Positions 1 through 10,217 of a stretch of 64,000 nt of DNA are shown here, piece by piece; positions within the stretch are counted from its first letter, which is position 1, and every line of letters starts with the position of its first letter. The position numbers and the translations under genes are program-made. Under the pieces are notes generated by a model that made no database searches, was not told the origin of the DNA, and was given only the letters and a program-made list of their open reading frames with translations. This DNA comes from Candidatus Bathyarchaeota archaeon. GTDB lineage: Archaea > Thermoproteota > Bathyarchaeia > Bathyarchaeales > Bathycorpusculaceae. The stretch is from positions 32,001 through 96,000 of the forward strand of contig CAWDYC010000005.1 of the NCBI GenBank assembly GCA_963806535.1, read 5' to 3'.

Positions 1-198
1 TGTTTCTTTTTGCGGAATAGATTAAACGGCATTTTCTCTCTCAATCCCTTATTATCTAGGCTTCAACAGTTAAGCGTTTCTTAACCGTTAGTTTTATGTG
101 GAGTTATATTTTACATTTATTGGCACTTGCATATTTGATTTGTGTTTTAATAGTAAGTCCCTATCTCATTTCCGGCTTTCTTTTCACCGTTTCTTCGT

Positions 199-543
199 TT
201 ACCTGATTAAAATTAACAGGTTATTTGTTATTACAATAGCTAAAAAGACTAGAACACCGACGCTTGCGATTTTTATTAATTTTGATGAGTAAATAAAAGT
301 TTTAGTTCCTTTATTTTGCGTCTTCATCAAAGTTTTGTTTGCAATGACAAATGAGAACGCCGCAATCATTGTTGCTGCAAGCTTAACAATTAAGAAGGCT
401 CCAATGTTTGTGCTAACTATGCCTGTCATAAATGGGTTTAGTTCTGTGTCTCCCTGATATAGAATTCCTATAACTGTTGTTATGCAGTCGATAATACCCA
501 TTATTACAAGAAGTACACTTGGAATTATCTGTGACTTAAGCAT
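199..543 (-). CDS. DUF5658-like small membrane protein
   Basis: 114 aa, hydrophobic; D..TT..G and ELNP motif. Confidence 0.65.
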   Translation of the reverse strand: MLKSQIIPSVLLVIMGIIDCITTVIGILYQGDTELNPFMTGIVSTNIGAFLIVKLAATMIAAFSFVIANKTLMKTQNKGTKTFIYSSKLIKIASVGVLVFLAIVITNNLLILIR

Positions 544-812
544 GCTTGCCTTCTCCTTTCTCCTGAAACCATAGATTCACACTAATGACTTATGAATCAC
601 GCTTCGTTTTTCGATATATTCCGATAAAAAAACGTTTCTTAAATTTCTAAAATCTTTATGTAACTTTATTATCTAATTTTAAATTCTTTTTTTAAAATAT
701 TAAACTATCGTTTGGCTATTAAAAAAGAGAAGTTGTTAAACAAAAAGACACTATTCGCTTCACATAAGCCTTATATTTTTAATATTAAACTTCTTGCTGG
801 AAGGCTTTAAGC

Positions 813-1889
813 ATGCATAAAAAACTCTTGATTCCTGGCCCAACTGAAGTCAGCCAAGAAATACTGAACGAGCAAACTCACCTACTTATCGGTCACAGAG
901 ATAAAGAATTCTCAGACCTTTACGCTGGAATAACAGGCAAGCTAACTACGTACTTTGAATTGCCTGAAGATGTTAAGCCGACAATTACGACTTCATCGGG
1001 CACCCTGTGGTTTGACATCGTAGGCAGAAGTATCGTTAAACAAAAAGCGTTAGCATGTGTTAATGGCGCTTTTGCTAAACGATGCGCTGAAACTCTGCGT
1101 GCATGCGGCAAAACTACTGATTTCTTGGAGGTTGAATGGGGCAAAGCCGTCAAACCCGAAATGATAGCTGAAAAACTTGATAGCGGCGAATATGACACAT
1201 TAACAGTATGCCACAACGAATCTTCTACAGGTGTAAGAAATCCAATTAAAGAAATTGGTCAAATGATACGTAAGAAGTATCCAAATGTAATTTACGCGAT
1301 TGATGCTGTTTCCTCTATGGCTGGGGACAAAACCTTGCCAAGTGAAATTGGCTGCGATGTCATTTTTGCTTCAAGCCAAAAATGCTTCGCTCTACCTCCA
1401 GGATTAACAGTTGCCTTAGTTAACGACCGCGCAATCGAGAGAGCCAAAGAAGTGCCGAACAGAGGCACCTACACAGACATGGTTGAACTCTTCGAATTTG
1501 AAAAAAAACACCAAACCCCCTTCACTCCATGTGAGCCATTACTATTTGCCTTGAATAAACGCATGGACCTTCTGATTAAGGAAACATACAACCATGTTTA
1601 TCAACGCCACCTAGAAATGGCAAAATACACTCAGCAATGGGCTAAGAAACATTTTGAAATGTTCCCTGAACCAGGCTACGAATCCATAACGGTAAGTTGC
1701 ATAAAAAACACGTTAAACAAAAATTTTAAAGAACTCAACCAGAAACTCGGCGAGAAAGGCTATATGATATCTAATGGCTATGGCAAATTAGCTGACAAAA
1801 CCTTCCGTATCGGACATATGGGAGAATGGAATTTGGCTGGAATCAAAGAAGTCATTGGTTTAATTGATTCGATTTGGGGATTAAAGTGA
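813..1889 (+). CDS. Class V PLP aminotransferase (serine-pyruvate / phosphoserine aminotransferase type)
   Basis: LLIPGPT, HNESSTG, DAVSS, SSQK (PLP lysine), FRIGHMG. Confidence 0.9.
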   Translation: MHKKLLIPGPTEVSQEILNEQTHLLIGHRDKEFSDLYAGITGKLTTYFELPEDVKPTITTSSGTLWFDIVGRSIVKQKALACVNGAFAKRCAETLRACGKTTDFLEVEWGKAVKPEMIAEKLDSGEYDTLTVCHNESSTGVRNPIKEIGQMIRKKYPNVIYAIDAVSSMAGDKTLPSEIGCDVIFASSQKCFALPPGLTVALVNDRAIERAKEVPNRGTYTDMVELFEFEKKHQTPFTPCEPLLFALNKRMDLLIKETYNHVYQRHLEMAKYTQQWAKKHFEMFPEPGYESITVSCIKNTLNKNFKELNQKLGEKGYMISNGYGKLADKTFRIGHMGEWNLAGIKEVIGLIDSIWGLK

Positions 1890-2785
1890 CTTTCAAAATC
1901 CTAGTAAGTGACAAGATATTCGAAGAGGGCCTAAAGCTTCTTGAAGAGAAAAAATACCGTGTAACCCGTGCATGGGATATGCCGAAAAATGAGCTTCCCA
2001 AAATAATAGGTGACTATGACGCGTTAATTGTTAGGTCAGCAACGAAAGTTAAAGGCGAATTATTAGATAATGCGAAAAACCTCAAAGTAATCGGGCGTGC
2101 GGGGGAAGGCTTAGACAATGTTGACTATGAAAAAGCGAATTCACTTGGGATCGCTATAGTAAATACTCCGCATGTTTCTTACATGAGTGTTGCCGAATTA
2201 ACAATAGGTCACTTGCTTGCGCTTGCAAGAAGGATAGTGCAAGGTACTACTAGTTTGCGCGAAGGTAAGTGGGAAAAAGAAGAATTAATGGGTACAGAAG
2301 TAAACGGAAAAACCCTTGGTGTTATTGGTTGCGGTTATATTGGAAAAACAGTTGAGCGTTTAGCGATGTCGTTAGGCATGAAGGTATTGCCAGTTGAAGA
2401 ATGCGCTTACGACAGATTTGTTCCCCTTGGCGAAATGCTCCCGCAAGCGGACTTTATCACAATTCATGTACCCTTAACACAACATACTCGCCATATGATC
2501 TCGAAAAAGGAATTTGACTTGATGAAAGATGGCGTGATGGTTATTGATTGCTCCCGCGGTGGAGTCGTGGATCAAGAAGCTCTTTATAACGCGTTGGTTT
2601 CGGGAAAAGTTAAAAGTGCAGCCTTGGACGTTTTCGAAGAAGAACCTCCCAAAAACAGTAAACTCTTGACATTAGACAGTGTAATAGCCACGCCACATAT
2701 GGGAGCTCAAACATATGAAGCCCAGTTAAAGGCAAGTGTACAAATAGCTAAGGCCGTTATAGAAGCGCTGGAAAAAACATCTTGA
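1886..2785 (+). CDS. serA: D-3-phosphoglycerate dehydrogenase (short form, no ACT domain)
   Basis: IVRSATKV, GRAGEGLDNVD, GxGxIG, DCSRGGVVD, TPHMGAQT; GTG start overlaps the upstream TGA. Confidence 0.85.
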   Translation: MTFKILVSDKIFEEGLKLLEEKKYRVTRAWDMPKNELPKIIGDYDALIVRSATKVKGELLDNAKNLKVIGRAGEGLDNVDYEKANSLGIAIVNTPHVSYMSVAELTIGHLLALARRIVQGTTSLREGKWEKEELMGTEVNGKTLGVIGCGYIGKTVERLAMSLGMKVLPVEECAYDRFVPLGEMLPQADFITIHVPLTQHTRHMISKKEFDLMKDGVMVIDCSRGGVVDQEALYNALVSGKVKSAALDVFEEEPPKNSKLLTLDSVIATPHMGAQTYEAQLKASVQIAKAVIEALEKTS

Positions 2786-2795
2786 GCTGAAACCT

Positions 2796-4073
2796 TTGGT
2801 TGACATTCGGCCTTTCAAAGCAATTCGTTATACGCAGAAAGCAGGTGATTTAGAGAAGCTCATTAGTCAACCATACGATAAAATCGATAAAGAAATGCAG
2901 AAAGAATACTATCAGAAATCTCCCTACAATTATTGCCGAATAATTTTACCTATGGAAGAGAACAAGTACGAAATGGCAAAGCAACGTATTGAACAGTGGC
3001 TAAAAGAAGGTATATTAGCCAAGGAGAATGAACCTGTCATTTTTGTTTCACGCCAAGAATTTGCCTTAGAGGGAAAAAAATATGAGCGCATAGGATTAAT
3101 TGCCGCTTTGCGCCTCTACAATTATAATGGAAACATGGTATTTCCGCATGAATTTACCTACAAATCGCCAAAAGTTGACCGGCTAAACATGTTGCGAGCT
3201 GTACAAAAAGACCTTGAGCCGGTTTTTTTGATTTACTCTGATTCTGAAAAGAGAACTCTTAATTTTCTGCAAGAAGTCGAGAAGACAGAACCAATAATCC
3301 GAGTTACTGATCCGCTCCAGGTAAAGCATACTGTTTGGAAAGTTAATGATGTACAAAAAATAAAACAGTTGCAAGCCGATTTGAGCAGCAAAACCATGGT
3401 CATAACCGATGGGCATCACAGATACGAGAGTGCACTGGCCTATAGAGATGAAATGAGAAAGAACGGAAATTGGACTGAGGATTCAGCTTTTAATTTTCAC
3501 ATGAGTTATATGGTTTTGGTTCAAGAGGAAGGGCTGATTGTTTTACCCACGCACCGTCTTCTAAAGGACATTAAGTTAACTGATCAAGTTTTAGAAAGGT
3601 TCAAACACTTTTTTGTTGTTACAGAAATCAATCCGAAGGTAGATGCTTTGGAACAATTTTTGAAGAGCCATTTTAATGAGCATGCTTTCTGCGTCTACAG
3701 CGGCTTAAAAGCTTACGGTTTAACGCTGAAACATGAAAAAGAAGTTTATGATTTTGTTAACGCTAACGTTTCCAAAGAAACCAAAATCTTCGATGTTGTC
3801 ATACTTCGTGATATAGTTTTCAGACACATTTTGAAAACGGGGCAGTTAAAAATGGATGAAAACATCATCTATGCTCGCTGGACAAAGGAAGCAATGGAAA
3901 AAGTAGACTGCGGCGAAGCCACCATCGCATTTCTAGTCAACCCAATATCCGCAAAAACTGTGATGGAGATAGCGCAGCAACATGAATTGTTGCCTGAGAA
4001 AAGCACGGATTTTTACCCCAAAATGGCTTCAGGTTTCATGATGATGGATATTTCAGCCAACGAGAAACTTTAG
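2796..4073 (+). CDS. DUF1015 family protein (ParB/Srx-like)
   Basis: IRPFKA, PYD, PHE.T, DGHHRY, LPTHR, KSTDFYPK motifs. Confidence 0.85.
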   Translation: MVDIRPFKAIRYTQKAGDLEKLISQPYDKIDKEMQKEYYQKSPYNYCRIILPMEENKYEMAKQRIEQWLKEGILAKENEPVIFVSRQEFALEGKKYERIGLIAALRLYNYNGNMVFPHEFTYKSPKVDRLNMLRAVQKDLEPVFLIYSDSEKRTLNFLQEVEKTEPIIRVTDPLQVKHTVWKVNDVQKIKQLQADLSSKTMVITDGHHRYESALAYRDEMRKNGNWTEDSAFNFHMSYMVLVQEEGLIVLPTHRLLKDIKLTDQVLERFKHFFVVTEINPKVDALEQFLKSHFNEHAFCVYSGLKAYGLTLKHEKEVYDFVNANVSKETKIFDVVILRDIVFRHILKTGQLKMDENIIYARWTKEAMEKVDCGEATIAFLVNPISAKTVMEIAQQHELLPEKSTDFYPKMASGFMMMDISANEKL

Positions 4074-4155
4074 GCCAACCATCTTCAGGGAAAATATTAT
4101 AAGCGCTAACTTAGAGAACTGAAAGCCAATTAAAAAAGGAAAAGAGGGCGAAAAA

Positions 4156-4905
4156 ATGGAAAAAACATTAAACGAGATTCCAACTCCGCCACCAGCGGTA
4201 ACTGAAATTTCTCCAATGAAAAAATACGTTGCTGAGTTGATCGGAACTATGGTACTAGTACTGATGGGCTGCGGTAGTGCAGTTATTGCAGGTCAAATCT
4301 TCGGAGTGCAATATGCTTACTTAGCCATAGCGTTTGCTTTCGGTATTGCTGTGTTAGCAATGGTTTATGCAATAGGAGGCATTTCTGGTTGCCACATAAA
4401 TCCGGCAATTTCAATATCGATGTTTGTTGCCGGAAAACTAAGCGCAAAAGACACACTATTTTATGTTATTTTTCAATCTATTGGCGCTATAATTGGAGCA
4501 GGTATACTTTACACGATAGCACTTGGTAGCCCAATTTACAGATTAGCTAGTGGTCTGGGACAAAATGGATATGGTGCAGCTTCTATAGGTAATTACTCCT
4601 TAACTGCCGTATTGATCGCTGAAATAGTCTTGACCTTCATATTCGTACTTGTCGTTCACGGTTCAACTAGTGAAAAGGCACCAAAAGGATTCGCGGGAAT
4701 ATCGATTGGTTTAAGCTTAGTGCTCATTCATATTGTCGCAATACCTATTGATGGAACTTCGGTGAATCCTGCAAGAAGCCTTGGACCAGCACTCTTTGCC
4801 GGAAGTATAGCGCCGTATACAGCGTTAAGTCAACTTTGGGTCTTTTGGGTTGCTCCGATAATCGGCGGAATCATAGCTGCTGTAGTTTGGAAACTCTTAA
4901 AGTAA
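4156..4905 (+). CDS. aqpZ: Aquaporin (MIP family, AqpZ-like)
   Basis: Two NPA motifs (HINPA, SVNPARS); T-rich terminator follows at about 4922. Confidence 0.9.
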   Translation: MEKTLNEIPTPPPAVTEISPMKKYVAELIGTMVLVLMGCGSAVIAGQIFGVQYAYLAIAFAFGIAVLAMVYAIGGISGCHINPAISISMFVAGKLSAKDTLFYVIFQSIGAIIGAGILYTIALGSPIYRLASGLGQNGYGAASIGNYSLTAVLIAEIVLTFIFVLVVHGSTSEKAPKGFAGISIGLSLVLIHIVAIPIDGTSVNPARSLGPALFAGSIAPYTALSQLWVFWVAPIIGGIIAAVVWKLLK

Positions 4906-5327
4906 ACCTAAAAAACAACCATTTTTTTCTTTTTTAGAAATTATTTTTCACTCTTGGTTTTTTTGTTATTTTTTGTTGATGCTTTTGTATACCGATTTCA
5001 GTTAATGGCTCTTTTTGGTTGTTAACATTCAGTTTGGGTTTTTCAATTTTTTTAATTTTTTTCCCGCTACCTAGCTATAGGTCAAAATATATACGTTTTG
5101 TCAGTACAATTGTATATACAGAACGCATTGTTTGCCGAAATCCCTTAAATCTTTCTAGTTAAACATCCAGATAGTCGATAAATATAGATTTATTATTTAA
5201 AAAAAAATTGATTGAAGCGTTTGAAAAATTTTGCGAACTGGCAGTTGAGTTTGAGCTTGTTTTCATTCAACTACTAAAATAAAAAACACAGATACAAGAG
5301 AACCGCGCCATGTTGGCTACCCAAAAA

Positions 5328-5474
5328 CTATTTAATGAATTTAGTCGCATGTCTCTTGAATTTCTTCTTGCACGCGAGACTGCAGAAATGTACAGTTTCA
5401 CCCTCATAGGTTATTTTGAATTTTGCAGTCTCCTCATTAAGGACCATGCCGCAAACTGGATCTCTAAACGACAT
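5328..5474 (-). CDS. YHS-domain protein (48 aa, not in ORF track)
   Basis: Manual translation MSFRDPVCGMVLNEETAKFKITYEGETVHFCSLACKKKFKRHATKFIK; DPVCGM...FCS..C signature. Confidence 0.85.
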   Translation of the reverse strand: MSFRDPVCGMVLNEETAKFKITYEGETVHFCSLACKKKFKRHATKFIK

Positions 5475-5611
5475 TCTTTGTTTTTAAGCCTCAAGAATTC
5501 ATTCTACTTTCTGCCTTTTATGGTTAATGGTCGATTAAGTTATAATAGTCGTTAAATTTGCGGCTAAAACCGTTCTGTGAAGCTACTTCGCTGTTAATGC
5601 TTTAGTCGATG

Positions 5612-5887
5612 TTAGTCGTCTTCGGAATCTTCTTTAGCCAATTCCACAGAGATAGAGTCATCGTGGCTAATTGCGTTTTTGCGAGTTTCTTTCTTGCTTG
5701 GAGTCGCCTGTTCTCTTCCATTCATAAAACCTTCTTCAGCAGCAGTCACTTCATCGTCATCTAGCATTGTTTCTCTCTCTTCTGTATCGTAGATGTCGTC
5801 TGTTTCCTCTGACTTTTCTTCTTTGGTTAACGGGGGGCCCTCATAAAAGTGAGGCGCTGGTTTTTTTCTAGCTTTTGATTTACTCAT
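5612..5887 (-). CDS. Small acidic hypothetical protein
   Basis: 91 aa, D/E-rich; GAGGAG SD upstream. Confidence 0.7.
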   Translation of the reverse strand: MSKSKARKKPAPHFYEGPPLTKEEKSEETDDIYDTEERETMLDDDEVTAAEEGFMNGREQATPSKKETRKNAISHDDSISVELAKEDSEDD

Positions 5888-6151
5888 TTTATTCTCCTCG
5901 ATTTCAACCGTTCAAGCACTATCTCTTATACAAAATACACTGCAATTACTTTTAATACTATGTGACTGAAGCCCTACAATCACAACCGAAGATGCTGCCA
6001 TAATATTTCTTTAGAAAAAGAAGAAACCTCAACTGAAAAGGGCTTTTTGAAGAAAAGAGTAATATCTTTGGCGAAAACGGTTCCTTCAGATGTACTTAAT
6101 TGCTTAGAATCATGCTAAAGCTTTTTATAAGCCCCGCCGCACTTTTGGGGT

Positions 6152-6223
6152 TGTCACATTAACTCATGTATCACACCAAAGCTCCTGAAGCTTTTAGAGA
6201 CATCATGAACAAGTTCTGTGGCA
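6152..6223 (+). promoter_or_regulatory. Structured 5' leader of the DEAD-box helicase
   Basis: TTTATAA box at about 6124; nested pairings TGTCACA/TGTGGCA, AACT/AGTT, CATG/CATG, AAAGCT/AGCTTT ending at the AGGAG SD. Confidence 0.5.
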
Positions 6224-6239
6224 GGAGAAAAAATAGTAT

Positions 6240-7394
6240 ATGCAAATTCAAACATTTCAGGATTTACCATTAACTGGGGAAATCCTTAGAAGTATAAAAG
6301 AACTCGGGTTTGAAAGTCTTTTTCCAATTCAAGCCCAAGCAATAATGCCCTTGCTTGAAGGCAAGGACGTCATTGGGCAGGCTCAGACTGGAACAGGAAA
6401 AACAGCTGCTTTTGGCATTCCAATGGTTCAACGGTTAAACCGTGAAATTCGCGGCGTTCAAGGCCTAATTTTAGTGCCAACTCGCGAATTAGCCGTTCAA
6501 GTAGCCGAAAACATGGCTTCTTTTGCGAAATATGCAAGAGCCAAAGTTTTAGCTGTTTACGGTGGAGAATCAATCAATAAGCAAATACATGCTTTATCAA
6601 GCGGTGTCCAAATTGTTGTCGGTACACCCGGCAGATTAATCGACCTTATGGAAAGGCGTGTATTAAACCTCGGAACTGTTAAAATGGTGGTTCTTGATGA
6701 AGCCGACCGAATGTTAGACATGGGCTTCATACAAGACATAGAATTTATCCTATCAAAAACACCATACGAGAGACAAACAAGCCTATTTTCAGCAACAATT
6801 GAGCAATCAGTAATGCGCATCTGCAACAAATACATGAAAAACCCGCAGAAAATCCTTGTCAGCAAAGACGAAATCGCATTAACACAAATGAAACAATACT
6901 ACACTGTAGTTAATCAACATGGCAAATTTGATACTTTATGCGATATAATCCGCAGCGAAGGAGTCAACAAAGCTATAGTTTTCTGCAGAACACGTAGAGA
7001 AACAAGCAGACTTTCTGATCAACTATACAGGAAGGGATATCGAGTGCAAGCATTACACGCAGGCTTTACACAAGCACAAAGAGATCGAGCAATCAGCGAC
7101 TTCCGCTGTGATAGACTTAGCCTGCTAATAGCAACTGACGTTGCAGCAAGAGGCTTAGACATCGAAGGAATAACACACATAATCAACTATGACGTACCAA
7201 TGGACGCACCAGTATATTTCCACCGCATAGGAAGAACCGCTCGCAAAGGCGAAGAAGGAACCGCAATAACCTTAGTAAGCTACGGCGAAATGTCAGACTT
7301 CAACAACATCAAAGCCTTAACCAAAACCAAAATAGAAGAGATCAAATCAGGCGCCGTTGAGAAAGACGATTCGCCAATCAAGAGCTTCTATTAA
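6240..7394 (+). CDS. DEAD-box RNA helicase (CshA/DeaD-like)
   Basis: Q motif, AQTGTGKT, PTRELA, TPGR, DEAD, SAT, ARGLD, HRIGRTAR. Confidence 0.95.
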   Translation: MQIQTFQDLPLTGEILRSIKELGFESLFPIQAQAIMPLLEGKDVIGQAQTGTGKTAAFGIPMVQRLNREIRGVQGLILVPTRELAVQVAENMASFAKYARAKVLAVYGGESINKQIHALSSGVQIVVGTPGRLIDLMERRVLNLGTVKMVVLDEADRMLDMGFIQDIEFILSKTPYERQTSLFSATIEQSVMRICNKYMKNPQKILVSKDEIALTQMKQYYTVVNQHGKFDTLCDIIRSEGVNKAIVFCRTRRETSRLSDQLYRKGYRVQALHAGFTQAQRDRAISDFRCDRLSLLIATDVAARGLDIEGITHIINYDVPMDAPVYFHRIGRTARKGEEGTAITLVSYGEMSDFNNIKALTKTKIEEIKSGAVEKDDSPIKSFY

Positions 7395-7554
7395 ACAAGC
7401 TCTTCTAATTTCTTTCTCCCTTTCTCTTTTATCATCCGAAAGCGACAAAATAAATTTTGCTCTTTTCTTTTGGCACAAAACCAACCGGCTTGGTTTTTTC
7501 GACAACTTAGTGGTCAATTTTATTAACGAAAACAAATAATACAAAAGGACCGTA

Positions 7555-8451
7555 ATGAGCCAAATTAAGGACGAAGAATCATCGCAAACTCCTCTTATTC
7601 CATGGTACGTTGTTGGATTAACCTCGATTGTTTGTGTTGCAGCTTTAGTGTTAATTGCTGTTTTAGGTCCAGCAATTCTTAATGTAATTCATTATCGGAC
7701 TTCCCAGTCAGGTATTTGGCAAATGCAAGCGTTTGACTTAACAGACCTTATAGTTCTTGCGCCACTTCTGCTTGTTGGAGGAATTCTTGAACTGTTAAAG
7801 AGAAACGGCTCAAAGTTTTTCCTTATCCTGACGCCGATAACTTTGATGTATGTTGGTGTATCTTATGGATTAGGTCAAGAGTGGGGTAGCAGCGCCTACA
7901 CTGGAAATTCTGAAGCTTATTATTGGCTTTTTCTAATTCTCGTCATTGGTGGTCTAATCCTGCTTATGGGGAGCCTATCCAAGTTTACGGGTGAAGATGC
8001 ACCTAATTTTAAAAAGAAATGGCTTCGAATCTATGTAGGAGTTATGGTTATTTTTCTTGTTATGTTTATGGTAATGTGGGTTTCCCAAATTTCACAGGTT
8101 ATTTCTACCGGAAATACTTCCGCAGGCGACTATCTTACTGCACCCAACGGGTGGTGGGTTGTAAAGTTTCTTGACTTAGGCATATCAATTCCAATTGGAT
8201 TTATAGCCTTACTTCTGTTGCTCTCGAAACCAAAGAAAGCTTATCCGTTGGTGCTTCTTTTCTTTGGTTTTTTTATCACACTAGGCACAGCAGTTAATGC
8301 AAGCGCCATAGTAGAAGTGATCAACCATGACCCATCAATCGCCGGTTCAGGAGCAGGAGGACTTGTAATATTTCCAGTGCTTGGTGTGCTAGCTTATGCA
8401 GGGCTCTTCTATCTTGTAAAGGATAAATTGCACTTGACAATAAAACAATAA
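7555..8451 (+). CDS. Multi-pass membrane protein of unknown function
   Basis: 298 aa, about 8 hydrophobic segments. Confidence 0.75.
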   Translation: MSQIKDEESSQTPLIPWYVVGLTSIVCVAALVLIAVLGPAILNVIHYRTSQSGIWQMQAFDLTDLIVLAPLLLVGGILELLKRNGSKFFLILTPITLMYVGVSYGLGQEWGSSAYTGNSEAYYWLFLILVIGGLILLMGSLSKFTGEDAPNFKKKWLRIYVGVMVIFLVMFMVMWVSQISQVISTGNTSAGDYLTAPNGWWVVKFLDLGISIPIGFIALLLLLSKPKKAYPLVLLFFGFFITLGTAVNASAIVEVINHDPSIAGSGAGGLVIFPVLGVLAYAGLFYLVKDKLHLTIKQ

Positions 8452-8577
8452 GTGCCTAGCTGGCGATTTGGCTTCAGCTCATGAGTTAATTCCCAAACTT
8501 TTCGTAAAATTAATCTCGAGCAGAGCATCTTTATTAGCCAGTCTACCATAAAACAGTAACCTGATTGGGGAATATTT

Positions 8578-8847
8578 TTGACTCAAACAATTCATGGAAG
8601 AATAACTAATTATAGAACAGGTCCAAAATCACAAACATCACGAGAATGCTTAATCGAATTCGAAACAGTCAATTCAGAAGCTTTAGCCTGCAAACTTATC
8701 GGGCAAAAAGTCGCTTGGAAAAACGGAAGCAGCAAAATCTTTGGTAAAGTTAGGGGAGCCCACGGTAAAAACGGCATGGTTCGAGTAAGATTCTCACGCG
8801 GAGTACCAGGCCAAGCCATCGGAACAATAGTTGAATTAAAAAATTAA
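8578..8847 (+). CDS. rpl35ae: 50S ribosomal protein L35Ae
   Basis: G.I.NYR.G, HGKNGMVRVRF..G.PGQA.G. Confidence 0.9.
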   Translation: MTQTIHGRITNYRTGPKSQTSRECLIEFETVNSEALACKLIGQKVAWKNGSSKIFGKVRGAHGKNGMVRVRFSRGVPGQAIGTIVELKN

Positions 8848-8942
8848 TTTTTTCTTAAAAAATAATTTGCTTTTAACAAAAATAATTCTTCATTTAAAAA
8901 ATCTAAAATACTTATGAAAATTCAAAAACAATGAACTTTTTT

Positions 8943-9119
8943 TTAGAGTTCGCCTAAGTCTTTGGCTTCATAAACGTAATCTTCTAAACGAATCTTCCCA
9001 TCTTTAACCAAAACTGTATAGTCGGCTTCACAAATTGGACAAGCCACTATCTCGCCGTTTTTGAGGGTATCTTCGTCCTTTTTGAAGGTATTTCCACATT
9101 CACAACATTTTAAAATCAT
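8943..9119 (-). CDS. LysW-like zinc-ribbon protein (58 aa, not in ORF track)
   Basis: [58 protein letters not shown]; GGAGAGG SD inside/after the aIF-1A stop. Confidence 0.7.
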   Translation of the reverse strand: MILKCCECGNTFKKDEDTLKNGEIVACPICEADYTVLVKDGKIRLEDYVYEAKDLGEL

Positions 9120-9137
9120 TTTTTTTAAGCCTCTCCT

Positions 9138-9440
9138 CTACATTTTTAGGTAATTGTGTGCTCTAAGCCAATCTGACTGGTTTTTTCGGTAACGCCAAAA
9201 AATGTCTCCTCGAGTGTCTGCTTGAAAATCCCAAGGTGACACCAAAACGATGTCTCCCTCTCTAATCCAAACACGTTTTTTTAGTTTGCCTCTAACTCTA
9301 CATAATCGTTCTTTACCATCTTGGCATTTAACAGTGATTCGTTCGGCGCCAAGCATCTTGACAGCCATACCTAATATATCATTTGAGGAAGGTAAAACCA
9401 TACTGTCGTTGCCTTCGTTTGTAATTTTTCTTTTTCCCAT
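9138..9440 (-). CDS. eif1a: Translation initiation factor aIF-1A
   Basis: KMLG...V.C.DG..RLCR.RGK.KKRVWIREGD.V.V.PW. Confidence 0.92.
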   Translation of the reverse strand: MGKRKITNEGNDSMVLPSSNDILGMAVKMLGAERITVKCQDGKERLCRVRGKLKKRVWIREGDIVLVSPWDFQADTRGDIFWRYRKNQSDWLRAHNYLKM

Positions 9441-9441
9441 A

Positions 9442-9487
9442 CTTTTCAACTTCTCATAATCAGAATAATTTGAGAAAAAGTTGAAAG
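9442..9487 (-). promoter_or_regulatory. Hairpin abutting the aIF-1A start codon
   Basis: TTTCAACTT/AAGTTGAAA plus TTCTCA/TGAGAA inverted repeat ending 1-2 nt before ATG. Confidence 0.5.
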
Positions 9488-9977
9488 CATTTAGTCGTTC
9501 TTACTCTTCCTCTAAGAATTCTAATAATTGAAATAATAAGGATGTGCCAACTATATTAATATGCTAATTAAAAAAACCTTTTTTCCCGTGCATTTTCGTC
9601 AATACGGCTGTTTCTGAAGCGCTAATTTCAAAATCTTAAAAATCCTATTTTCTTTTGGAAAAAAAGTCTTTTTCTCATCTATGTGTTTATAAGTGCGCAG
9701 GCTCCATCGGGTAACTGTTGAAGAGTCTCTTTTATCCTCTGGGACCTCCTATCTGTATAACAGATTCTTTTCAAAAAACAAGAGAGAGGTAAATAAATTT
9801 GTGTATATTGAGAGCAGGATTAGTAAAAAATTGTCGAAGATGCAAATCGTCTGTGCGACTAAATTGCGTTTATAGAAAGAAAGTAAGACAAAAAGTATTT
9901 TCGGATAATAAGAAAAAGGGAGAGAAAACTCCTTAGTTTTTCTTTATCAGGAAAAATAGTTTAATCGAGGTGAAAAA

Positions 9978-10169
9978 ATGTCTCAAAGAGCAACATATGA
10001 AGCGAAATGTTCAGTTTGTAATGAAGTAGCAGTTGTACCATTCAAGCCTACACCAGGCAAGCCAGTTTACTGCAAAGCCTGTTTTGCCAAACGCTTAACC
10101 AGTTCACCAGCAAGGACAGATGCAAACCACAATTTTGAACCCAAACAGGCCTGGGCGCGAAGAAGATAA
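9978..10169 (+). CDS. CxxC-x17-CxxC domain protein
   Basis: CSVC...VPFKP..GKPVYCKACF; GAGGTGA SD. Confidence 0.85.
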   Translation: MSQRATYEAKCSVCNEVAVVPFKPTPGKPVYCKACFAKRLTSSPARTDANHNFEPKQAWARRR

Positions 10170-10217
10170 ACGTAAGTTCTTCTTCAAATAATATGCCTTA
10201 TTCAAAAGTGAGAGAAA

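Noticed and set aside
5310-5555. 81-aa plus-strand ORF
   Set aside because: Shadow of the YHS gene on the minus strand
9690-9960. Several short hairpins upstream of the CxxC-x17-CxxC gene
   Set aside because: Stems are short and AU-rich; a ncRNA cannot be supported without folding and conservation data
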